A program made the position numbers and the translations under genes. This document shows positions 49,601 to 57,927 of a stretch of DNA of 64,000 bases, piece by piece (positions within the stretch are counted from its first letter, which is position 1; each line of letters begins with the position of its first letter). Location of the stretch: the IMG/VR virus record IMGVR_UViG_3300037466_002099; one strand, written 5' to 3'. The notes under the pieces were generated by a model that made no database searches, had not been told where the DNA came from, and worked only from the letters and a program-made list of their open reading frames with translations. The DNA comes from an uncultured virus (IMG/VR IMGVR_UViG_3300037466_002099). Its lineage: Duplodnaviria > Heunggongvirae > Uroviricota > Caudoviricetes.

Positions 49601-51330
49601 TTGTAGAGAAAGAAGCACTGATCCCCGATCTTGACGCCCAGTTCGGCGTTGTCATTCACGATCCACTCAACCTTATCCGCTGATAGGGAGTCACTACCTG
49701 CGGCCGAGAGAGCGGCGCGAGTGCAAGGACATTCGCCATTTATCCGTTCGCATGTCTCATGCGGGCAGTCTTCCCCGGCATAGTCTTGCCCCATATCCGA
49801 TTCCTTCGGGCGCTGCTCCGTCTTGCTGGCTTCCTGCGGCTGGCTAGCGGCTTCATCTGCAAGTGCACAGGAATTCTTGCAGCGGTAAGACGGTTGACAG
49901 CCATCGCATTCAATTACATTGCTTGCGGCTTCCTTGGGGGAGGAGAGAAGGGCATCCAGATGGTGCTGGCAGTCCTCGTAAGCCGCGCGCCAATCGCCCG
50001 TAGCCTCCACATTGCGCTGTGCGAAATATTCTGCGAACTCCTGCAACGCATCCGCCGCCATGCTGGATGGCTGCTCCGCTGATGGCGTGGGGGATGCCTC
50101 CATGCTGAATAGATGCCGCAGCCAATCCTGCGCACCTCCTTTGGTCAGATGCCCGCGCTCCGTCTCCGCCCACTTCGGCCAGTGCGGGAATCCGCTTTCC
50201 CTCATGTGCTCGCGCATTTGCGGGATGGTCGGGCTTTGCCCGCATCCGTACAGCATCAGGAAGCAGCGCACCGCTTGATTCTCGCCGTCGCTATCGCGCA
50301 GCGTTTGCTCGGCGGTCATCATCCGATCACCTCATCCATGTACTTAGCCGGACCATCCTCGAGCGTGATCGCGGCCAGCGCAGCCTCGCGAGACTTCGGG
50401 AAAGCGCCCCTATGCTTACGCCAGTCGTAATAGAACTGCGCGCCAAGGCCGCCCATGACGACATCATAGAACTCGTCATCGTCAGCTTTGTAATAGACGC
50501 CTTCCGGCGGCTTGAACGTGGATGCCGCCGGTAGCTCGTTGTTCGCTTCGAGCTCTTCGAGCGTGGCGGTTTTGAGGCTGGCGGTCGGCTCCGTCGCTTC
50601 AGGGGTCGCCGTCATGAAAACAACGGGATGTTGGCGGCCGATGGCGCGCACGCCTAGAACCACGGCACCGCCGGCGTTGAGCGCGGCGAGCTCGGCCGCA
50701 TCGGGCTTCCAGAACGAAAGCGCGAATGTACCATATTCGGTTTCTTGATAGGCAACCGGCAACGCTGAGCAGGATCCGTCTTGCATATCCGACGGTGCGC
50801 CGAGCTCATGCGTGCAGGATGGGTGTCGTTGAATGTCCATGGTCGCCTCACGCTTCGCCGACAGTTGGTGCCGGCTGATTCTCCGGGTGATAGATGCCCG
50901 TGCCTTTGTCCGGGTCGCCGAGGTGCTGGCGCTCGAGCGCGGCGTAGTCGGTGACGATGCCCAGCGCGACAACCTTCCGACCGGCTTCGCGCATCTTGTT
51001 CGCGTACCGCTCGCCGAAGATGATGCGCGGGCTGTCGCCGGGCTCGTCGGTGAGTGCCCAGCAGAATGGAAGGGGCTCGATCGTCGAAAACGGCAGCAGC
51101 GCGTCGATCTGCTCCTGTGTGGCTGCGCACGGGTCCGACAGCACGTCGAGCCAGTTCAACGGCGCATCGACCGCGCCGGCGAGCTGGTAGGCGGCGGCGA
51201 TGATCTGCTCGAGATGATCGATGTGGTCGGCCGCGTCGCGCTCGAGCTCTATCACTGCCGGGTTGCCGTGCTCCGCTGCGTCGAGCTCGGCGTTGTCGCG
51301 CAAGCGCTGCGCGAGGGTGCGGTTGTTCAT
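46674..51330 (-). CDS. Run of leftward accessory hypothetical genes (46674-47291, 47503-47799, 47796-48098, 48091-49182, 49175-49348, 49348-50322, 50319-50840, 50848-51330)
   Basis: Coupled ORFs with EPVAW and VPEGWKL motifs typical of mosaic phage early accessory proteins. Confidence 0.6.
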
Positions 51331-51339
51331 CTTGTCTCC

Positions 51340-52153
51340 CTGGATGCCCGACGATGCCCGGGCGCGTGGCGTGTTGGCGGCTCTGACCCGCCTCGCCGGC
51401 TTGCGTACCGGGGCTATCCACGTAGAGGGTAGCCGGATTTGAACCGGCGAGCCTTGCTAGTCCTATGGCTCGGCATACCATCCTCTAGGCACCGTCGAGC
51501 CTAGATTCACCCTCACGGCTGGCGACTGCGGCCGCTTCGACCGCAACCCTTGGCCTTCGGGCCGGTGCCGCCAGATGCCAGCAGTGAGGATCCCGGTGCC
51601 ACATTCTGCCGCCCGGGCTCGGCCGATGGTTTAGGTCATGGCGGACCTGTTACATGCCGGCTTCCATCGCGCCGGCTGGCGGGGTGTATTCGTTGCCGGT
51701 CTTTCCCGGCTGTCATGCTGGTGGCCGGCGCTGATCTCCGGCATGGCCTGTGGCGGATTCGAACCGCCACTTTTAGCAACCTGCACGCTCCGCCATTGGA
51801 ACGCCGGGAATCGAACCCGTCCCACATACTTGATTCAGTCCAAACTCGCCGGCGCCGGCTATGGCTCACGTCCTCAAGTCTGTCGCGCATCAGCCTGCGC
51901 ATTCACCAACAAGAGAGAGCGACAGGATTCGAACCTGCATAGCCAGTCTATTTCTAACTGTGGTGCCGGGCTGTCTACCGTGTGTTCTGGCCTCCACCCG
52001 CGTCTACCAATTCCGCCACGCTCTCTCTTCTTGGCCCGGGCTTCACCCGGTCGGCGCGGTTGAAGCATCGCGCTCGCTCTCGTTATGTGGCTACTCGCTG
52101 CGTCCGTTTGGCCTGCGCCGGGAACCCCCAGCACAACGGCATCCGCTTTTGCC
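51340..52153 (-). ncRNA. Array of tRNA-like and hairpin RNA modules
   Basis: No credible ORF; four GGTTCRA(A/T)TCC T-arms, three 7-bp acceptor-like stems and kissing-loop pairs. Confidence 0.65.
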
Positions 52154-52157
52154 TAAC

Positions 52158-52649
52158 TTAAATCATCAACGGCAGAAAATTGCGATGGCCGAATTCGCCG
52201 TGCATCTGCAAACTTGCAAGATCATATATATACGCTGCTTCAACAGGATCATTAAATCTACCAAGATCAATGTGACGACCGCCCGACCTTATCCTTGCGC
52301 GCCATTTTCCTCGGCTCAAATCAACCCCACGAAAGCGGCAAGAAGTTTCTCTAGCAGATATTTTTCTGCAGTTTGTTGCGCTCTGCGTTGTTGTTGCAAA
52401 TCTCAAATTCTCTCGCCTGTTGTCGAACGTATCGCCGCTGCGGTGATCGACAATATCGCCCGATTTTGCGTTCATGATTACGCGGTGTAGATAAATCGTC
52501 GTTGTGCGGCCATTCTTTTTAACAGAGGCACACACATAGAAGTTCGATCTCCTTTCGCTCACTCTCCATTTGCACATACCAATCAGATGCTCGTCCTGAC
52601 GATCAACGAGAACTTCAACGCCATCAATTTGTACGATAACGAAATTCAT
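52158..52649 (-). CDS. HNH endonuclease with AP2 domain
   Basis: LHRVIM, VDHR.GDT.DNRRENLR, FRGV....GKWRARI and LG.F....EAA..YD. Confidence 0.9.
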   Translation of the reverse strand: MNFVIVQIDGVEVLVDRQDEHLIGMCKWRVSERRSNFYVCASVKKNGRTTTIYLHRVIMNAKSGDIVDHRSGDTFDNRRENLRFATTTQSATNCRKISARETSCRFRGVDLSRGKWRARIRSGGRHIDLGRFNDPVEAAYIYDLASLQMHGEFGHRNFLPLMI

Positions 52650-52657
52650 TAAAAATG

Positions 52658-52687
52658 ATTATACACGACTTAATCAAAAATGTGCAA
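52658..52687 (-). promoter_or_regulatory. Sigma70 promoter TTGCAC-18-TATAAT overlapped by an operator
   Basis: Near-consensus hexamers directly upstream of HNH-AP2 and the RNA array. Confidence 0.7.
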
Positions 52688-52715
52688 TTACACTGCAAAC
52701 TGTTGCATTTCCAAT

Positions 52716-53771
52716 TCAGTCTAGTGATCCACCCTCTGTATCGGGCAGCTCGGCGGCAGCCGGCACCGGGAACGGATGCACGGTCGCCTTTCTGCTCACC
52801 GCCGCCAGGAAGCGGTTGATCTCCGACGTGCGGGCGCGCTGCTCGGCTGCTTCCAGTCTGACGACCAACGTTCCGATCTCTGCCAGCAGGCGGTCGCGAG
52901 TAGCGAGCAGTTCGTCGACCCGTTCAGCACGATCAAGGAGCTCGAGCACGGTTGCGGCATCGCCGTAGACCTTTTGCAAAGCGGATTGGCTGGCGCAGTA
53001 GGCGACGTGCTCGCTGCTGAGGAGCTGGGCTCCTATGTAGGGCTTCAATGCCTCCGTTGCCGCGCGGCGGATGCGGTTGTAATCAATGTCCATCTGTCTC
53101 TCCATTCTTAGGGCGGGATGCCAACATCCCAGTCGTATGTCTCCGGGCCGTCGGTGCCCATCCTGCCTTGTTCGACCCATTGATCGTATTCTGTGCCGAG
53201 CAGCGCCCGGCACATCTGGTCGATGACCCATGCCTTGTGATGCGCGCCGTCTATCTGACCGTATTGCAACGCGATCTCAAGCGCGGCATCGCATCGCTCC
53301 GTAGCGTCAGGCTGCTTGCTCACATCATGCTCCCATCGTCATAGAACCCGCGCGGTATCCCGCAGTTGCGCAGTTCGTTGTTGTACTTGTCCGCGCGCTC
53401 CTTGGCTTCCTTCCTGAGCTCGCGGACCGCCGCCTTGGCCTGCCGCTCGTTCGAGCAGATTGCCAGCGCGACGAACGTCTTCGTTCCCGGCCGCGTGTAG
53501 CCGGCGAGGTAGTTCGTGCTTGGGCCTGGGCCGATGTAGTGGAAGTGCAACATGCGGGCTCCTAATGGTCGCAGGGCAGCGTGCCGGAGTCCGCCGGCGT
53601 GGCGCCGCAGGAGATACAGCGCTTGTCCTTCAAGTTCGCCGGGTGGTCCGGGTAAAAGCCGAACGCTCGCATGGCAAACGTCGAGACGCCTGCCACGCCC
53701 ACAAGCTTGCCGTCGGACCATTCCTCTCGGCGGCCGGTGCGGCTATTATCGTAGAGGCCGGTGGCAGTCAT
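52716..53771 (-). CDS. Four small leftward hypothetical genes (52716-53093, 53108-53323, 53320-53553, 53562-53771)
   Basis: Coupled ORFs with RBSs. Confidence 0.55.
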
Positions 53772-53808
53772 GAATATTCTCCCCTGTCATGTAGAGCCAT
53801 ATTATACA

Positions 53809-53964
53809 TCAAATTTGATCAAATGGCTCTTTTGCACCATTTGCCGCGTCCCAGTAGCCTTTCGTCCATTGGCGCTCTGCTGGCGATCCAATCGGGTGCG
53901 GGCAATCCGCCGGCGAGGCACCCATGCGAAATGCTTCCTGCCCGTCGAAGTAATAATCGTCCAT
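53809..53964 (-). CDS. Rmf/CrpP-like small protein (51 aa, not in the ORF track)
   Basis: YFDGQEAFRMGASPADCPHP.GSP..RQWTKGYWDA; promoter TTGCAC-17-TATTAT ends 6 nt before the ATG. Confidence 0.6.
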   Translation of the reverse strand: MDDYYFDGQEAFRMGASPADCPHPIGSPAERQWTKGYWDAANGAKEPFDQI

Positions 53965-54020
53965 TAATCAATAATAAGTAAGTAATCAAATTTGTGCAAC
54001 TGGCCGCCGTCGCGTTTGTG

Positions 54021-54035
54021 TCGTGACGGTAACCT
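54021..54035 (+). promoter_or_regulatory. Late promoter TCGTGA-cgg-TAACCT (leaderless portal gene)
   Basis: ATG begins after a 6-nt gap from the -10 box; no RBS. Confidence 0.7.
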
Positions 54036-54041
54036 ATTTCC

Positions 54042-55796
54042 ATGACCGACAATGCCCGCTCCGTTGCCCTGAACCCCAACGCGCCTGAAGATGAGCGCCG
54101 GGACGCGATGGCCGAATTGCAGAAGTCCACGATGCCGTCGGCATTGTCGGACCTGATCCCGCGTTCCGACATTCAGCCGATCATCGACTGGATTCATCGC
54201 GACATCGAAGATCAGGCGATGGCGAAGGCATTGCAAAAACCCAATGTCATACCTTTTCCAAGCCGAGCGGCGAAGGAAAAGCAGCCGGGCATGCAGTCGG
54301 TGTGGATCGACGACATGCAAATCTCGATTCAGGGCGATTGGTTCGAAAAGCCGACCATGTTCGGCTTCGACGCGATGCGCGCGATGGTCGACCAGACTCC
54401 CATCCTGAGCTCCGTCATCATGCAGCGCATCCGGCAAGTGCAGCGCTTTTGCCGCGTGCAGGAGTCTGGCAAGGGGCCGGGCTTCAAGATCGCGCTGAAG
54501 GACAAGGACGCGCAGCCGAACGAGGACGAAAAACAGTCGATCAAGCTGATGCAGGACTTTTTCACCAACTGCGGTTGGGAGAGTAAGCCGCGCCAGCGCT
54601 TGCGCCTGAAGCGCGACGATTTCACTACGTTCATGGCAAAGCTGGTTCGCGACACGCTGACACTGGACGCGGCAGCGATCGAAACCGAGTTCAAGCGCGA
54701 CAAGTCGCTTGGCATTGACGGCCTGTACGCGGTCGACGGCGCAACTATCCGCCTGTGCACCGAAGAAGGCTACCAGGGCGACGACGAGATTTACGCGCTG
54801 CAGGTCGTGCAAGGCCGCATCCGCTCGGTCTACACCTACGACGATCTGATCTACGTGCCGCGCAACCCGCGCACAGATGTCATGATCGGCGGCTACGGCC
54901 TGTCCGAAACCGAGTACCTGATCCGCGTGGTGACCGGCTTCCTGAATGCCTTCAGCTACAACACCAAGTATTTCGACTCGAATGCCATCCCGAAGGGGAT
55001 GCTGAACCTGTACGGCAACTACACCGAACCGGATATCCAAGCCTTCAAGCGGTATTGGAATGCGATGGTCAAGGGCGTCAACAATCAGTGGACGCTGCCG
55101 GTCATGGTCTCCAAGGACGTCGAATCCAAGGCCGAATTCACGGCGTTCGGTACCGAGGTCAACGAGCTCATGTTCGGCAAGTGGATGACCCTGCTTGCGT
55201 CGATGATCTGCGCGATCTACGGCATGGCGCCGGACGAGATCAACATCGAGTCCTTTACGACCGGCACCTCGAGCCTGTCGGGTAGCGATACCGAGGAAAA
55301 GATCGCCAACTCGAAGGACAAGGGGCTGCGGCCGCTGCTGGCCTACTTCGAAAACCTCTTCACCGATTTCATCGTCGCGGAGTTCTCCGACAAGTTCGTG
55401 TTCCGCTGGACCGGGCTCGACGAGGAGGATCCCAAAGAGGCAGCCGAGCGCAAGAAGCTGTCGATGACATGGGACGAATACCGCGCGCTCGACGACCTGC
55501 CGGCGATCGGCGGCACGCTGGGCAGCGCGCCCATGAACCCGTCGCTGATCGGCGTCTGGCAGGCCGAGAACCAGCAGCAGCCGGGCGCCGACGACTTCGG
55601 CAACCCTGACCAACAGGGCGGCGGCGACGAGGGCGACGGCAACGACTTCGGCGACCCGGGTGCCAAGGCGCAGGGTGGAGGCGATTTCGGCCAGCCGCCG
55701 GGCGATGACGAGCAGGCCGCCGCCAGCGAAGAAGACGACAACGGCGAGGGCATGCAGAAAAGCTACGGCCTACCGATTTTCAAGATCGACGCATGA
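54042..55796 (+). CDS. Portal protein
   Basis: YAVDGATIR, NPRTD...GYGLSE.E, YF.SN.IPKG.L and ICAIYG..PDEIN; acidic C-terminal tail. Confidence 0.85.
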   Translation: MTDNARSVALNPNAPEDERRDAMAELQKSTMPSALSDLIPRSDIQPIIDWIHRDIEDQAMAKALQKPNVIPFPSRAAKEKQPGMQSVWIDDMQISIQGDWFEKPTMFGFDAMRAMVDQTPILSSVIMQRIRQVQRFCRVQESGKGPGFKIALKDKDAQPNEDEKQSIKLMQDFFTNCGWESKPRQRLRLKRDDFTTFMAKLVRDTLTLDAAAIETEFKRDKSLGIDGLYAVDGATIRLCTEEGYQGDDEIYALQVVQGRIRSVYTYDDLIYVPRNPRTDVMIGGYGLSETEYLIRVVTGFLNAFSYNTKYFDSNAIPKGMLNLYGNYTEPDIQAFKRYWNAMVKGVNNQWTLPVMVSKDVESKAEFTAFGTEVNELMFGKWMTLLASMICAIYGMAPDEINIESFTTGTSSLSGSDTEEKIANSKDKGLRPLLAYFENLFTDFIVAEFSDKFVFRWTGLDEEDPKEAAERKKLSMTWDEYRALDDLPAIGGTLGSAPMNPSLIGVWQAENQQQPGADDFGNPDQQGGGDEGDGNDFGDPGAKAQGGGDFGQPPGDDEQAAASEEDDNGEGMQKSYGLPIFKIDA

Positions 55797-57421
55797 AACA
55801 GCCGGGCAAGCCAAAAAAGCCGGGTGAGGGTGAGCCGCTGCCCGGCGTGACCGTCGGCGATGAGCTCTATCTGGACCATCCCGCCGGCCCGGTCACCTGC
55901 AAGGTGCTCGCGCACGGCAAGGCCGGCGTCACCGTCCACCATGAAGGCAAGCCGCACCGCGTCCGCTGGGACAAGGTGCTCGGTCACAAGAAGCGAGCCA
56001 CGCAAGCCTACAAGGTGCTCGACGAGGGCGAGGACGGCATGATCGTCGAGGATGCGCGCGGGCAGCGTCAATACCTGCACATTCCGCCGGAAGTTCGAGA
56101 GGAACAAATGGTTGTGAAAGCCGACGGCGGAAACCGCCTTGTCATTTTCATGAAGGCGGCGCCGGTGGCAAACCGCCCGGGGCTGACGAAGAAAGAAATT
56201 ACCGACAAGACCGGCCGGCATCAGACTAAATGGGTGCGCAATGCGCCGGAGGTGCACGGCGAGAAGAAGCATGCGGTACCCGACGCCGACGCTGGCGCCG
56301 CGCACGGCTACGGCACGCATAACCTGCAGGCCGGCGATCGCGTCTCGTTCAAAGCTGGTGACTTCGAAGGCTCCGGCGAGATCGTCGGCGAGCCGGGAAA
56401 GGACGGCGCTCATATCAAGGACGATTCCGGCCGCGTGCATCAAGTGCACTGGGCGGAGATTACCGGCCATGACGACAAGGGCGGCGCCGACAAGCCCAAG
56501 GTCAATTCTCAGGTGCTCGGCTCGCAGGAGCCCGTGCCGGCCGACAAGTTCAACGCCACGGAATACGCCAAGTCGCACGACAAGGCCGACGTGACGCCGG
56601 AAGAGATCCTGGCGCAGTTCCCCGAAGATACTGCCGACAAGATCAAGGCGGTTCAGGAGCGGCTTTCCAGCATCGAGCAGACGATCGACAAATACAAAAA
56701 GGACGGCAAATACAGCGATGTCCGCCGCGCCATCCATGACAAGATTTTCGATCACTTTCTCTCCGACGAGCGCATCAAAGCGGCGACGCCGGAGCCCGGC
56801 CAGAAGCCGACCTTCACCATCCTGGGCGGCCGTGGCGGGTCCGGCAAGAGCTGGTTCGAGGGCAACGTCTACGATCCGGACAAGGCGATCGTGCTCGATG
56901 CCGACCACATCAAGGGCATGCTGCCGGAGTATGAAGGATGGAATGCCGCGCAGGTCCATTCCGAGTCGGGCGATATCTTCGACGAGATTACCGCCGTCGC
57001 TCGCGAGCTCGGCCTGAATGTAGTCCACGACGCGACCATGAAGACCGCCAAAGGCGCGGTCGAGCGCGTGAATGCATTCAAGGATGCCGGCTACCAGACC
57101 GAGGCGCATTACATGCACTTGCCGCGACAGGAGGCGGCCAAGCGCGCGGTCTCCCGCTTCTTGGGCAAGACGCAGCGCTATGTGCCGGTCGATGTCGTGC
57201 TTGCCAACACCGGCAACGAGGCCAGCTTCGATCAGGTCCGCCAGATGGTGGACAAATGGTCATTCCGCGATAACAACGTCGAGCAGGGCAAAGAGCCGAT
57301 CCTGATATCGGAGAACGGCGGCGAGAACGCTGCGCGCGAAGAAAGTCAACAAAAAAGCGACAAGCAGTTGACCAAATCCGAGCAATTGCCTATGATGATT
57401 ATGTGGAGAGCGAAATCATGA
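55793..57421 (+). CDS. Head-cluster protein with C-terminal Zeta-toxin-like P-loop kinase
   Basis: GGRGGSGKS, LDAD.IK..LPEY, HSES, N.V.DATM, GY and RA..R.....RYVP. Confidence 0.75.
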   Translation: MKQPGKPKKPGEGEPLPGVTVGDELYLDHPAGPVTCKVLAHGKAGVTVHHEGKPHRVRWDKVLGHKKRATQAYKVLDEGEDGMIVEDARGQRQYLHIPPEVREEQMVVKADGGNRLVIFMKAAPVANRPGLTKKEITDKTGRHQTKWVRNAPEVHGEKKHAVPDADAGAAHGYGTHNLQAGDRVSFKAGDFEGSGEIVGEPGKDGAHIKDDSGRVHQVHWAEITGHDDKGGADKPKVNSQVLGSQEPVPADKFNATEYAKSHDKADVTPEEILAQFPEDTADKIKAVQERLSSIEQTIDKYKKDGKYSDVRRAIHDKIFDHFLSDERIKAATPEPGQKPTFTILGGRGGSGKSWFEGNVYDPDKAIVLDADHIKGMLPEYEGWNAAQVHSESGDIFDEITAVARELGLNVVHDATMKTAKGAVERVNAFKDAGYQTEAHYMHLPRQEAAKRAVSRFLGKTQRYVPVDVVLANTGNEASFDQVRQMVDKWSFRDNNVEQGKEPILISENGGENAAREESQQKSDKQLTKSEQLPMMIMWRAKS

Positions 57422-57570
57422 ACAAGATACCGAACCCCCAGCAGCGCCCGGACCTGTACGACGACTTCGATTACCCGGCCCGGCCGGAGGACCAGACGGG
57501 CGTGCAGGTTCCCGACCGCATCAAGAAGCTGGTCGAAGCCCGGCAGCAACAGAAACCGGCCAAGGAATAG
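57418..57570 (+). CDS. Small protein (50 aa) coupled to the Zeta-like gene (not in the ORF track)
   Basis: ATGA overlap and GGAG RBS; MNKIPNPQQRPDLYDDFDYP... Confidence 0.55.
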   Translation: MNKIPNPQQRPDLYDDFDYPARPEDQTGVQVPDRIKKLVEARQQQKPAKE

Positions 57571-57580
57571 CCCAGAGTAC

Positions 57581-57716
57581 GCCCGATAGCCTGTTCGGGT
57601 TCCGGTCGGGGCTAAGCGATCGGAGCACTTATACCCAGCTCCGTACTGGGTGCGCCTTGAGCGCATAGGCATGCGGATAGCGCGCATTCAGCGGGTGAAG
57701 CCCGTAGCATGGATGC
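57581..57716 (+). ncRNA. Structured RNA segment (six back-to-back hairpins)
   Basis: G-U pairs favour the + strand; complementary loops TAGCCT/GGGCTA. Confidence 0.45.
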
Positions 57717-57719
57717 AGG

Positions 57720-57751
57720 AAAAGGCCGGCGTCCCCCTCGCCGGCCTTTTT
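57720..57751 (+). terminator. Intrinsic (bidirectional) terminator
   Basis: AAAAGGCCGGCG-N7-CGCCGGCCTTTTT. Confidence 0.85.
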
Positions 57752-57756
57752 GTTTG

Positions 57757-57771
57757 TCGTGACCGCATACT
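57757..57771 (+). promoter_or_regulatory. Late promoter TCGTGA-ccg-CATACT with no ORF downstream
   Basis: Motif copy directly after a terminator. Confidence 0.65.
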
Positions 57772-57777
57772 GACGCT

Positions 57778-57903
57778 GCAACTGGGGCAGTTGCGTGGTC
57801 CCCCGCGTGCGGGCAGGTCGGGAAAAACAGCCCGCAGTGACCTCATGATCGTCTCCATCAGGGAGGTCACCGGCGCCGGGTAGCGATCCTACCCGGCGTT
57901 TGT
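57778..57903 (+). ncRNA. Putative ~125-nt late structured RNA
   Basis: Predicted +1 is the first base of hairpin GCAACT-GGGGC-AGTTGC; three more stems; ends in an 11-bp hairpin followed by TTGT. Confidence 0.6.
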
Positions 57904-57906
57904 CAT

Positions 57907-57921
57907 TCGTGACGATATGAT
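57907..57921 (+). promoter_or_regulatory. Late promoter TCGTGA-cga-TATGAT (leaderless gene)
   Basis: ATG begins after a 6-nt gap from the -10 box. Confidence 0.7.
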
Positions 57922-57927
57922 CAAAAA

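Noticed and set aside
51340..52153. Short ORFs across the RNA array, or canonical tRNA genes
   Set aside because: ORFs lack RBSs and protein-like composition; the tRNA-like units lack standard anticodon arms and CCA
57581..57903. Hammerhead or other known self-cleaving ribozyme
   Set aside because: No CTGANGA...GAAA core found by eye; other ribozyme classes cannot be excluded without covariance models
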